From NCBI RefSeq assembly GCF_009914755.1, contig NC_060938.1: a stretch of DNA of 64,000 nucleotides; one strand, written 5' to 3'. The position numbers and the translations under genes were made by a program. This DNA is from the human T2T-CHM13v2.0 reference genome, Homo sapiens. Under the pieces are notes generated by a model. That model saw only the letters and a program-made list of their open reading frames with translations, ran no database searches and was not told the DNA's origin. This document shows, in pieces, positions 15,250 through 29,007 of the stretch. Numbering within the stretch: the stretch's first letter is position 1; each line of letters opens with the position of its first letter.

Positions 15250-15740
15250 TTCATTCATTTAATAGTTAAGGAGTTAGCACCTACTATGTATGAATGCCAG
15301 ATGCAGAAGACACAGCAGTGAAGAAAATATACAATAATTATTGACCCAGTGGAGCTGACTTTAGCAGAAGTGACAATAAACAAGATTGAAATAGCAAGTG
15401 TGTTAGTGATAAACAGAAATAAAAAATATGATAGGGAAGGTAGGTGTGAATTGTCATGGAAGGGGTGAGGTGACAGTTTAGATAGGGTGGCCAGGGAGGC
15501 TTCCAGGAGGAAGGTACTTTTGAGGTGATGCCTGAAGGCGGTATTTTTCTTCATCGCTGCCTTTTCTAACTTGAAGCCCAGTTCATCCCACTGTGGCATC
15601 GAGGAACAGAGTTTGGAGTTGGACACACCTTGGTTTCAAATCCCTGGCTTGACAGCTCACTAGCCCTGTGGACTTTGATGTGGTGCTAAATTCCTTTGAG
15701 CTGTGTTTCTTACCCAACGTGGAGTTAGTCATCATACTTA
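15250..15740. mobile_element. L2 3' fragment followed by MIR
   Basis: TTCATTCATT...GCACCTACTATGT...GACACAGCAGTGAA (L2); GGTTTCAAATCCCTGGCT (MIR). Confidence 0.7.
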
Positions 15741-17570
15741 CCACATGCGGCATCATGGCAATGTACAGTGAGATAACGTATGTTGAATGCTTAGCAAAGA
15801 CTATAGAGAGGTTCGATAAACTATTTCTCCAACCAAATTCTGCAGGGGTAGCATGAGATATTTAATGTCATTGCTAAGGACTGTAGGTGCAAAGCTTTTC
15901 ATTTTAGATATTGGGCAGGAGTGGGGAATTAGAGGGAGGGGAAAATAGAAAACCTTGGCAAAAACTTTCTGGTTAGGGAGGCTTTCCTGCCCTACCCTAG
16001 ATTGCAGATGGCTGAGGACGTGGGACTCCCAGGTATGTCCTATGCCCACCCCCATCCTACAGATAGGATGACAGGGGCAGCCCTGACCACCCCCCTCTTG
16101 CTCTGGAATTCCCCCTGCTTCCAGCCAGACTCAATGAATCACACCTTCTCCCTGACCTCCCGACTCTGCCTCACAGCTGGGAAGGCTGTCCACCCCTCCC
16201 CCAGCCTCCGGCAGGTAAATTATGCCTGGAGGTCGGAAGCGGAGTGGGGCGGGGACAAGGGGTAGGGAAAGTGAGGGAGGGGGCAGATGGTGGGTGGAGC
16301 TGTCCTAGGAAAGCCCAGAAGGGTGGCAGGAGGATTCTGGTGGAGGCTTCGAGATGGCTCGGAAGACTTTGAATAAGGGTTCGCCAGGGACCAGAATTTA
16401 AAGTAACAGAGTGACAGACACAATGAGAACTCAGGGTCGGCTGCCTAACTCCTAGCCGCTTCTACCCAGCTGATCTGCTGAGTCTCCGACCCTCTCTGCT
16501 GGAACCACGGGCCTACAAAGGGAGGGGTTTAATCTAAAGTACCGCTGTCAAAGTTTGTGGTGAGTGGCTTCCTGGAGACCCTGCCCTAGTTCAGGAAGTG
16601 AGAGATGGGCAGTGGAGGATGAGGCCTAGGGAAGTGGTCATGGCCAGTTCCACCCCCCCGCCCCACCCCCCAAGTATGTCGCTGCACACTCGGCAGCCAG
16701 GCAGGCCCTGTGATGAAGGAACTTCCTGGGACTGCCAGTTGGTGCCTGGAGACGGGTAAAAGCTAGATGATCTGATATTAGAGGAAGTTGCAAAGAGGGC
16801 CCTGAACAGCCCCAAGCATGTTAGTGTTGGGTGACCTGAAGTCAGGAGAAAGAAAACTGGACAACGTGGACTAAACTGATCAGCAGGGGGCCCATCTAGA
16901 GCTGCTGGTAGCCCCTCTGTCTGTCAGCTGCCTGGGGATAAAGGTTGGCCATGCTAACTGGGTTGCTATCTGGGGACAGGAATGGTGCTGGACTCATCTT
17001 TGTGCCCAGACAGCATTGAGAATGGTACAAAGTGTGATCAACAGGGAGTGATGGGCTTCAGCCGTGGTCCCACCCTTAGAGTAATCTGGGCTTGTGGTCT
17101 CATTTGCTACAGCTTTTGTTCCATGGGATTAGGGAGAAGAAGGTAGTGTTAGGGTCGAGTCCAGCCCTAGGTGGGCTGTTGCCATCTGGGAATGCAAGCA
17201 CTAGGGAGAAGAGGGCTTTATACAGTTCTGGCGGCTGGCCTTTGGGGAGGGAGCCCTACGTAAGCTCAAGGAATGGATTTTTAAGGACTTGCACTCTCTT
17301 TCATGCTGAGCAGACTTGGGCTGAACACAACCCAAATAGGGTTCTCGTGGGCACAGTGGTAGCTGTGCATGCAGCCTTTTGTGAAACACAGTTTGAGGGT
17401 CCTAGAAGTTGATCTGATTATTGCCAGAATCGGAGCTGGGACTGGAAGGGAAAGATGCAGGAGGAATGAAGTCGATTTTACCTTGGGAACAGGGTCCCAA
17501 AAGGAGAGATGGTTTCTACAGGTGCCGGAAGCTCTTAAAAACTCACATCCTTTACTTCCTAGGCTGTGAG

Positions 17571-17572
<2 letters not shown>

Positions 17573-17606
<34 letters not shown>
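17573..17606 (+). repeat. (TG)n microsatellite
   Basis: Read directly. Confidence 0.97.
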
Positions 17607-17607
<1 letters not shown>

Positions 17608-18226
17608 TATTAGAAAGGAACCAGTATTCTCATATAGCTTCTATTCCTTCAGTTCATTGCTACATCCCCAGTGCCTGTTGTACAGTAGGGTTCCAATAAG
17701 TATTTGTTGAATAAGTAAGTAAAACCCTACTGTGTGACGAGACCTTAGGAATTAAGGAAATGCTCACACTATGAATGTTCTGTTCCTGACAGAGAATGTC
17801 CATAAGATTCTAAGAAGTTAACCTGTAGTCAGCTGTTCTGACAGTGGGACAGGAAGCCCTGTATTCCTGCAGCATGTAAGAAGGAGACCTACAGTCATTG
17901 GGACCTGTCTTCCAAAGCTTGCTACACATTTTGCTCCCATGCAAGTTGGCCCCAAAGTGGACAGCAGGGTGTATTTATAGCGTTGGATATAGTTCTTCCC
18001 ATAATATGTTCCATAATATCCAATAACACCTCTCCTACCCTAAACTCTTATTTGGAACTCAGCCACCCAGCACCCTTGCTTATTTGCATGTAGCCAAGAA
18101 GGTCGAGGACTCAAGGTCCTACATTTTTCTTCATGCCAGTCTTCTCAGACCCTGTTTAACTTCTACATATAAGCTATGTCATGCTATGTTCAAGCTGGGA
18201 AGAAGCAGCAAATGAAAGAGGATAAA

Positions 18227-18530
<304 letters not shown>

Positions 18531-19181
18531 AATGAAAGAGGATAAAGAAACAAGCATAGAGGGGGAAAAATGACTACAGTGCAGAGTTGGCAGTGAGAGC
18601 AGACTGAGATAAAAACTCCAGGAAAAGCAAGTGCTAGCAGAAGTGCCGGGGATCTTTTTTTTTTTTGGAGGGAGGGGGTGTGGAGGGAATGACTTGGCAC
18701 ACCTTGGGTGTCTGGGGATCATCAGTTTGATAATTTATGCTTTGCTGGTAATTGTGACCCAGAGTCATCAAGAAAAGGTTAAATTATGTTCCCTTGACTC
18801 TGTTTAGGAAGGCAGGGAAGTGTGTAACGGATTTTTAAAAGATTCCCAGTCAGGTTGGCTAAAATTTTAAGTGTTGATACTTAGGGAATAATATCACTAA
18901 TCCTTTAAATAAGACCAAGTAGGTGGTTTACCCACTTCACCCACCCCAGATGAGGAAACCAAGTCCCCACGAGTTGGGTAACTTGCTCAGGATCGCTCAG
19001 CTAATACTTGGCAGGGATGGGGTTTGAACTTTTGGAACCCGCTCTTAGCCCTACCCCACACTGTTTTGAAACTCTGCATGCTCTTGCAAATGCTGCTTTT
19101 TGGATGCCCTCTCTCTACAGAGGTTCCAGCTGGCCAAAGTTTGACTGTGTTACAGTAGAGCCTGGATGAGTCCAATCTTAA

Positions 19182-19550
<369 letters not shown>

Positions 19551-21430
19551 AAGAGTTCTTTATATATTCTGGATACAAGTTCATTGTCAAGTATACGATT
19601 TACAGATATTTTTTCCCATTCTGTGATTTGTCTTTTCACTTTCTTGGTAGTGTGCTGTGAAACACAAAAGTTTAAAATTTTGATGATGAAGTACAATTTA
19701 TTTTTTCTTTAGTTGCTAGTGCTTTTGGTGTTACACCTAAGAAACCATTGCTCACTCAGGTTCATAAAGATTTACTCCTATCTTTTCTTCTAAGAGTTTG
19801 ATAGTTTTAGCTCTTACATTTAGGTCTGTGACCCATTTTGACTTTTTTGTATATGGTTTGAAATAGGTGTCCAGATTCATTCTTTTGCATGTGAAGATCT
19901 AGCACCTTTTGTTGAAAAGACTATTCTTTCTCTATTGAATTGTCTTGGCACCCTTGTTGAAAATCAGTTGCCAATAAATATGTTGTTTTATTTCTGTAAT
20001 CTCAATTCTCTTTCATTGATCTATATGTCTGCCCTTACACCGGTACCATATAGTCTTGATAACTATAGCTTTGTAGTAAGTTTTGAAATCAGGTTGTATC
20101 AGCCCCCCAACTTGGTTCTTTTTCAAGGTTGTTTTGGGTATTCTGGGTCCCTTGCTTTTCCATATGAATTTTAGGATCAGCTTGTCAATATCTGCAAAAA
20201 AAAAATCAGCTATATTTTGATAGAGATTGTATTGCATCTTTAGATTGGTTTGTTGAGTATTGCCATATTAACAATGTTAAATGTTCCATTCCATGAACAA
20301 GGAATGTCTTTTAGGTCTTCTTTAATTTCTTTCAACAGTGTTTTGTGGTTTTCAGCATACAAGTCTTACACTTCTTTTGTTAAATATATTCCTAAGTATT
20401 TTATTCTTTTTGCTGCTATTATAAATGGGAGTCTTAATTCCATTTTATGATTGCTCATTGCTAGTGTACAGGAATAAAATAGATTTTTGTGTGTTGATCT
20501 TGTATTCTGGTACATTGCTGAACACTTTTATTGGTTCTAATAGTTTTGTGGTAGATTACTTAGGATTTTCCATATACAAGTTCATGTTATCTATGAATAG
20601 AGATTGTTTTATTTCTTCCTTTTCAACCCAGATCTCTTCTATTTCTTTTTCTTGTCTAATTGCCCTGGCTGGAACTCCAGTATCGAATATAGTGGCAAGA
20701 CTGGATATCCTTGTCTTCTTACTAATCTTAGTGAAAAAGCATTGTCTTTCTCCATTGATTATGATGTACCTGTGGGTTTTTCATGGATGTTCTGTGTAAG
20801 GTTGGGGATATTCTCTTCTCTTCCTAGATTGTTGAGCGTTTTTATCATAGAAGAGTGTTGGATTTTGTCAAAATTTTTTTCTGGGTGTATTGAAGTGATC
20901 AGGTGATTTTTACACTTTATCCTATTATCAACCTGAATTATTTTAATTAATTTTTAGATGTTAACCTAATCTTGCATCTCTGGGATAAATCCCACTTGGT
21001 CATAATGTATGGTTGTGGTTGCTAGATTCAATTTGTTAGTATTTTGTTGAGGATTTTTGTGTCTATATTCATAAGGAATGTGGGATTGTAGGTTTCTTTT
21101 TTCTGATATCTTGTCTCGTCCTGATGGCAGGGTAATACTGGCCTCATAGAATGAGTTGGGAAGTATTTCCTGCTGTTTTTTTGTGGGGTGAGAGTTTGTG
21201 AAGAGTTGATATGAATTATTCTTTAAATGTTTGGTAGACTTCACCAGGGAAGCCGTCTAGTCCTGGGCTTTTCTTCATTGGAAGTTTTAAAGTTACTAAT
21301 TTAATCTCTTGTTTAGACTTTTTCTTTCTAAATCTGTCAGTGGTTTGTGCCCTTCTAGAAATTTGGCTGTTTCAACAAAGTTATCCAATTCATTGGCATA
21401 TAGTTCATGACATTTCCTTATCATCCTTTA
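19551..21430 (-). mobile_element. Degenerate L1 (ORF2 RT/C-terminal region)
   Basis: Minus-strand ORF remnants [30 protein letters not shown]...DFKTYYKA and ILPNSFYEASITL are L1 ORF2-like. Confidence 0.9.
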
Positions 21431-24267
21431 AGATATTTTTTGTCTTTGGTGTTCTGCATATATACTATATACAGTATGTCTGAATGTGGGCTTATTTGAA
21501 GTTTAGCTTGGTGTGTGCCTTCAATCTGAGGACTAAAGTCTATCCTTAGTTCTAGAAAGTTCATATACATTATCTCTTTGAAATTTGCACCTTCCCCCAT
21601 TTCCTTTTTTTTTCTCTGTGGACCTCTAAGTCTATTAATGTTTATATTTCCTATCTTATTTGTTTGAATTAAATTCAGGATGATTTCTTCAGTTTATCTT
21701 TCACTTAACTAATTCTCTCTTTAGCTGTGTTTAATTTTCTATTTAACTATTGGGTTTTATATTTCAATATTGAATATTTTATTTTCATGTATTGCTTTTT
21801 CTAATTGGCCTGTTCCTTACCCCCTATACTACCATCTTCTTTTATTAAGATTTTTATCTCTATTTCCAATCATTTAAACTATTCATCTTTAAACATCTTT
21901 TGTAGACCTATTCTTTAATTTCTAGTTCTTTGAGTGCCAGTTTGTTCAATTTTCTGACTTCCTTATGATGGTTTGTTTCCTTGTGTGGTTTGAAATTTCT
22001 GTATCAGGTTCCTCTTCAGTGGTTACAGAGGATGGGATACTTCAAAGCAAGGTTTTGGAAGCGTGCACTTATTGGTGATGATGAGGTCTGGGGCATATGA
22101 GACATGTGAGTGGATGGCTATGGTGGGGTAGAGGAAAAGACTGTTGGAAGGCTCATCCCCCAAAGCTTCACATGTTTGGCTGCTTCTTACAATACAGGTC
22201 TCTCTGCTCTAGAGTCACCTCTTTAATGCCTTCCCAGGCCTCCTTAGCTAGTGGAAATTCCCATCTCTCAGAGTATTCTGTTTTCCCTCCTCTATCTTTT
22301 TCATAGCACTTACACTTTCCAAAAATGTGTTAGTTATTTGTCTACCTTTTTGTGGCCGTCTTGCTTACTGGAATGTAAGCTCCATGAGAATGAGGATGTG
22401 TCTTATTCACTGCTGTGTCCCTAGCACGTGGCACATGGTTTATACTGTCAATACATGTGAGTGAATTTGAGTAGTCTTCTTTTCACACAGGAAGTCATCC
22501 CAGCCATGATTCTGAAGCTTTCTTCTGGGCTGGGTATGACCAGGCAGCGGAGAGGAGGTGAACAGCTTGGCCTTCCCTTCCCAAACTTAATATCTGTGCT
22601 CCCACTGGGGATGCCTTTTTCTCCCAGCACAGCGGCCCCCAAAATACCATCCATGCTGTGTGCTTCCACCTTCTGGCATGTTTTTACACAGTGGCCAAAA
22701 TGAGAAGTAGGGATTTGAGTGCCAGAGGACCTGGGGGGAAAAAAGCACAAAACACTGGAAGACCTGGTTCTTACCTCTAGGAGGTTGTTACTGAGTTGAG
22801 GCAATAGAACACTCAGAGAAAACAGCTTGGGACACTTGCTACTCACTGAGACCCCGTGCAGGTTGGTACCCCCACTGCAAGAGTGTGTGGGTGGAGAAGG
22901 AAGGCCTGTGTCTTGGGGTTGTCTACTGCTGGTTACGTACTGTTTTTGGAGGCATCTACAGCTGAGTTATGAATTCCCAGGTGACTCTATTTGGCTCCTT
23001 TCTGAGGTTGCCCCATACTCTAGGAACTTGTGAGCAAAAAGTGTTACTTGTAAAAAAAGCAAAAAGTGCATGAGAGCATTCCTATGAGGTAGGGTGAGAG
23101 ATGGCCTTCTTGGCTTCGTCTCTCGGGCCATGTGGGAGGTTGTGGAGAGAATGGTGAAAGGCACAGGGAGTGTGGATTCCAGCAAACCCTGGCTCCTCTA
23201 CTTCCCTGACTGTATGGCCCTGGGTACCAGAGTGTTGTGAGGAGATTATATAGAGAATGTGTTTTGCCTTATGTCTGGTATACTCGAATAAATGCTAGCT
23301 GAGGTTATTTCAGCCAGGCATTTGGAGAGCCACTTGTGCCTCAGTTTCCTGACCTGTAAAATAGGGATGGCCACCTGCCTTTCCTCTCTGCCCCCACTAT
23401 TGTGAGGGCAGAAGGGTTAATTATCCTTCAGCCTCGAGGGCCTGGGGTGGGGGAGGTGCTGCATAAACAGAGCATTGTTGTGCTGGTGAATGATCTGGCT
23501 TTGTTCTGAAGTCTTCAGTATTTGATTCCTGCAGTTAGTATCCCCTGTGCTTAATTGCTGGAGGTTTGTGCAGGTCCTCAGCCCTGTGGCGCTCACCTCC
23601 CAGGGCTGTGGCCTGGGTCCCTACCCAGCGGGGACCTGCAGAATTGTGTCGGGAAGTTGCATTTCCTGGGCTAGGGCCCCCCAGCAATCAGGAATGAGAG
23701 AAATGCAGAAAGTATGACCCACACGCAGAACTGGTTCTGAATAGAACATTTATTGACGAAGTTTTGCAGGAGGCGGCGGGCGCTTTAATTCCCGAGGCTG
23801 TTGGTGGCAGCTCGCTGCTCACCCCAAGCCTGTTAACTGCTAGGTTGCCGGTGCTGGGGACAATGCGGCTGCCCGGCCCCTCGCCACCCTCGTGGTGCCC
23901 GGATGGGAGCTCTCCTGAGGAAAGCGGTAGGTACCCGGCTGGGGCCAGGCCAGGGGATGGGAATGGGGTGGGATGGGGACTCTTTCAACTCCGGGCCTCT
24001 AAGCCTTGCCGGACTTCCCCCAGGAAACCCAGCCAATCACAGGCTTTAGGGTAAAAGGCAGGTTTTTCCCTTGTGGGTTAGACACTGAGGACCATAAAGG
24101 GAGCAGGCATAGGTGAGCTGCTCTTCTTAGTGGACTGTCATGTGTCTGGGTGACACAGCAAGACAGCCCTTTTGGAGGCAACTGTAAATGGTTCTGCCGG
24201 GGACTTCAGGGGGACTTCATGTCGTGAACATTTGGAGTTGAGTGGTTAGAGAAGGTCATGTAGGGCC

Positions 24268-24269
<2 letters not shown>

Positions 24270-24302
<33 letters not shown>

Positions 24303-24329
24303 ACACACACACACAACACACACACACAC

Positions 24330-24395
<66 letters not shown>
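24270..24395 (+). repeat. Interrupted (CA)n microsatellite (~125 bp)
   Basis: Read directly. Confidence 0.97.
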
Positions 24396-24397
<2 letters not shown>

Positions 24398-24953
24398 GCA
24401 GAGTTAATCTCCCACTTCTTCCTGATGTTTCCTTTTCCCAGAATCCACAGAGGGTGGTTGTTTTGGATCAAACCAAGCGTCAGCTGGTAGAGCAGTTGAA
24501 AGGAGGTTATTCCCCTGCCCTGTCTCCTCCCTGGTGGGCAGCGGACCCCGACCCTGGCACCCACCACTTCATAGTTCAGAGCAGCAGGAGTGTGGAGGTC
24601 GGGGCAGATCGACTGCAAATCAAGGCCTCACTTTTCAAGGAGTAGACGCTGCTTCCTCGGCCGTGTCTCTACACGTGTGCACCCCAGAATTGGGATTGGG
24701 TAATACTGCCCCACCGGTCTGAATTCTGGTCCATGTACGCTCCCAGCTGAGGCAGGAAGTGCCCCTCCTCTACCCAGGAACTGGTTGGATGAGTTTCTTA
24801 GGCGTCTCTGGTGAGGCCCCTTAGTAGGGGAAGCGGGGAACATGGGGGATGGGGGAAGGAGCTATGGGTAGAGAGGGGCCCCCTGGGCCCTGTAGGATAG
24901 GGGAAGTGTGTGTGGCCCTGCTGGCTGAAGGGCTGGCCGCCTTTGGGAATTTA

Positions 24954-24956
<3 letters not shown>

Positions 24957-24999
<43 letters not shown>
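24957..24999 (+). repeat. (TG)n microsatellite
   Basis: Read directly. Confidence 0.97.
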
Positions 25000-25001
<2 letters not shown>

Positions 25002-28000
25002 TCCATAAGGTCTGCTTTGGAAAATCCACTTTCCTAACTTCTCTGGGTCAGGCACCAAGCCCAAGGTCAGAGCCCAGGGCAAAGAAAGGGGATGTGTTGG
25101 AGCTCTTCTCTTGCTGTATCACCTTCGAAGAAGAGGCGAGGCCTGAGGGAGGGGGAAGGCCAGGGTTGTCTACATAACTTTCTGGGTTTGGATGCTCATG
25201 CTTGGAATTGGGAAGGGAGTTGTGTTTTAGGGAATTGCCCTGGCAGCCTTGCCTCCAAGCCACCATTCTGATGGGCTTGGGAAGGGAAAGTGAGAACTGG
25301 GGGAAGGAAAAAACCCTTGGGTAGTAAGATGCACACAAACTCCTCCCCCAGCCCAGTTGAGAGCTGCTGGCCTGAAATTCCTCTGAGAGATTTCTTCCAT
25401 TTAAGAACTGGCATCTCAGTTTTCTAGGGTAGGTGTTCTCTTCCTGCTCCTAGAGGCAGTTAATTTAAATGTAGTTTCATCTCTTGACGTTCATATTGGG
25501 TCTCATTTCTTCCCCCTTTGCAAGGGTTGGAATGGGTCTCATTCTTTCTAGCTAATGTTCCCTCGATCTCTCGCTCCTCCTCGAAGCTGTCTCTGAATAG
25601 CCAGCACCTTCCTGGGCTTCTGCATTCTTCTTGAACACTCCCTGGCTCTAGGGACACCTGCAGCCACAGCCCATATCATGGTTTGGACCTTTTTAGGGCA
25701 CATTCTGACACCTCGTCTCATGGAGCCCCATTTCCACGTGTCTTGGTAGTTGTTCTTCCAGACCTGGCTTGGATCTGTCCTTTCCCACAAAGCCACGTGG
25801 ATTCCTTCCATCTGTCCTTGGCCTGCCTTGCAGCCTGGCCTCTTGTTGCCAGTTGCCCGGGGCGTGGGGGTGGTCTGGGTCCTCTCGGGACTCAGCTGCT
25901 CTCTTGGCAGCAAATGCACTCAGATCTCTTCACCTGGCAAAGCTTACTCGTCATTTATGACTCAGCTAAGATGTCACCTTCTCCTAGAAAGCTTCCTGGT
26001 CCCCTAAGTAGCACTAGCTACTCCTTCTGTTAGCACAGTTTATTTATTCATGCTTTTGTACTAGGACTCAAGGCATTGTTTTGTGAATACTCTGTTTATA
26101 TGGCCATTTTTCCTTCTGAAGTTCAAGTTCTTCAAAGACAGGGACAATGTCTTTTTCATGTCATATCCCCAGGCCCTGGCATTCATGTTCAGGAGTGTTG
26201 AATGAATTCCCAAACTGGAGGCAGTCTTGAACTCCCATACTGCTCATGCCTGGATTCTCTCCCTCCTTTTCTTACAGATGCCTTGTCTTGTTTTGCCTTA
26301 TAGCATATAAGCTCTGAAGAGTGGAGTCTGTGTGTGACTTGTCCTAACTGCAGGGCTGCATGATGTCTTTGTGCACAGTAGGTGCTTGGTAAACAGCTTA
26401 GGTTGGAAGATTACTAGGGTTATCTTCAAATCAGAGAGAGATTGAGGCACAAAGAGCCCGCTGACTTGCTCCTGATCATACAGTGGCTAGGCAGAGCCAG
26501 GGTAGTTTGGAGGAGTGCTGGCTGTAGTCCCTGGGCTCTTTCATACACATTCTTCTGCTTTTCCTTTTTTTGATATTCCTCGTGACTTAGGAATGGGTCC
26601 GCACTAGAGCCTTTCCCAGTACCTTGCTGTTTTGTCTTATGCCCTGGCCCTCCCAGATGTCTACCCTGCAGATGGGTTTAAAACCCACGGACCAGTGTCA
26701 AGGATGGTTTTTGTTAATCACTTGTGCTTTTGCTCTCTCAAGTTGCCTTAACTTCTGCTCTTGCTCAGGCCTGCGGTGCCCCCTGGCCCTGTTTCTCTCC
26801 AGCTCCCAGTAGTACATGCTGTCTCTCCGTGTGGATCCCAGAGGAATGCGCCTCTGGGATCTGCTATAGCTGCGGGATTCGGACTCACTTAATACTTCAT
26901 TTCTTGGCTTGACCTCCTGTTGGGTATGGGTGTCAGACTACTTTTCCTTTCCAGCTGAACTGCTGTGTGTCTGCCCTTAGAAGATCATGGTCTATATGGA
27001 TGTTGAGATCATAGAAGATGGATAAACACACGGGTGGTGGGGGAAGGTTAGGTCATGCTGGTTCACCAAGTTTAACTTGTATCATTATTATTAATTTGAG
27101 ATGTGGGTCAAACATGGTAGGTACAAGGCAGAAAAATCTCATTGTCTTGATGCTTGCAGAACAAATAAGTGATTTATCCGTTATCATCATCACCACCACC
27201 ACCATTCTCGGTGGGCTTACTGTGTGTCAGATGTACGGGTTACTTACTTGTGTCATCTCAACCTTGGAGACAACCCAGTCAGGTTGGCAGTATTACTGTG
27301 CCTATTTTCCTCATGAGGAACTTGATGCTTGGTGAGGTGAAGTGACTTGCCCAAGGCCACATACAGCCAGGAAAAGTGGAGGGCCTGGAAGTCAAATGGG
27401 GTCTGCCTGACTCCACAGCCTGTGGATGAGTTTACTGCATTTGACCTCTGTGGGCTCTACTGCATCTGTGCATATTCTCTTTTCTGCCGAGGAAGCAGAG
27501 GGACCCAGTGGGGGCCCCTCCACACCCACTTGGTTCCCACCGAGATTCTCCAGTGCCTTTGAACCTGAGGCAGTAGTAAAATGCAGCTTCCTCCTACCCA
27601 CCCACCCCCCTCCAGCCTAGAGGCCTCAAAACAAGCAGCCCCTGAAATGGGGATGAGGCCGGAAAGATGGCGAATTTGCAGGGCTGGGTTCTTGAACTTT
27701 GCTGGTAAGTAGCAGCGGTCCTGTGAACCTTTTTGACCTCAAGATGAGAGAGGTGGGGCCTCTGGGAACTTTGGATCTGTCTGTGATTTCCAGGGGGTAA
27801 TTTCTAGTAACACCTTTTAGGGCTTTCTTTGGCTCTTCCGGTTTTGGGGCACATTGCATAGTGACAAGTTGTGCTGGCAGCCAAGTTACCTCTACACTGG
27901 CTGTGAACAAGAGCAATTTATAATAAACAATACTTGCCCCCATTTGGCTTTAGCATATGTTTACATGAAACTTCCTGGCAGATTGCTTTTCCTGGGACAT

Positions 28001-28511
28001 TTGCAGGGAGACCAGATCATCACAGCCCCTTTTCTAAACTTGGCTACTTTCCCCTTCCTCCCAGTCTCTTGTGGCTGGTCACCTAGTATGTAGCCCAGCG
28101 GGGCAGCTATGCCGTGCTCTAGCTCCCTGTCTGGGGCCAAGTAGGATGGGACTACCGGGGTGAATGAGCAGTCATCAATCCTGGCGCTTCTTGGTTGATC
28201 GGAAACTTGCTGGCAGTGACTAATGTGGAGACTCATTAGGCTAGGAGGAACTGGCTTTGGTCTTGACCTCACCCACTGTTTACCTTTCTCTTGACTGTGT
28301 GAGTGGTGAGCTCATCCCGGCGCCATCTCAGAGTCCTTCCAGCAGGCATTTATTGAACACCTAATGTGCCTTGCTCTCTGGGGCTGAAGGGAAGGTATGG
28401 GAAAGAAGGCCCAGCCCACTGGGTTTTACTGTATTGTCCAGAAGAGATGCATGTACATATCAAGCCCCAAGACCAATGCTTTAAGTGATAGGGTGTTTCG
28501 AGTTCAGAGGA

Positions 28512-29007
28512 GTATATTACTTCCCTATTGCCACTGTAACAAATTCTGCAATCTTAGTGGCTTAAATCAACACACATTTGTTGTCTTAAAGTTCTGGAGG
28601 TAAGAAGTCAGACTGGGTTTGCATGGCTGGGTTCCTTCTGCAGGATCCAGGGCAGAATTTGTTTCCTTGCTCTTCCTAGCTTCCCAGGCTGCCTGTATCC
28701 TTGGCTTGTGGCCCCTTCCTCCATCTTCAAAGCCAGCAGTGTAGCATCTTCCAGTTCCCTTCTCTCTGTCCCTCTGCTTTTATTGTCAAACTTCTGTCTG
28801 ACTCTGACTCCTGCCGGATTCCTCTTATGAGGAGCCTTATGATCACATCAGGCCCACCGGGCTAATCCAGGATAATCTTCCATCTTAAAATCCTTGATTT
28901 GATCACATCTGCCTTCTATGTGTCCCTTTTGCCATATAAGGTGACATTCATAGGTTGAGGGTCAGGCTGTAGATATCCTTGGGTGGGGGCATTATTCAGC
29001 TTACACT
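28512..29007 (-). mobile_element. MLT1 LTR (ERVL-MaLR)
   Basis: TGTAACAAATT...TTAGTGGCTTAAA...AGTTCTGGAGG...CATCTTCAAAGCCAGCA...ATAATCTTCCATCTTAAAATCCTT. Confidence 0.85.

Noticed and set aside
20013-21244. Reverse-transcriptase-like ORFs
   Set aside because: Fragmented, frameshifted old L1 ORF2; inactive.
24206-24618. CVCV/HTHT ORFs
   Set aside because: Translations of the CA microsatellite.
25957-25967. ARE/AP-1-like ATGACTCAGC
   Set aside because: Isolated motif in an apparent old L2 fragment with no supporting context.
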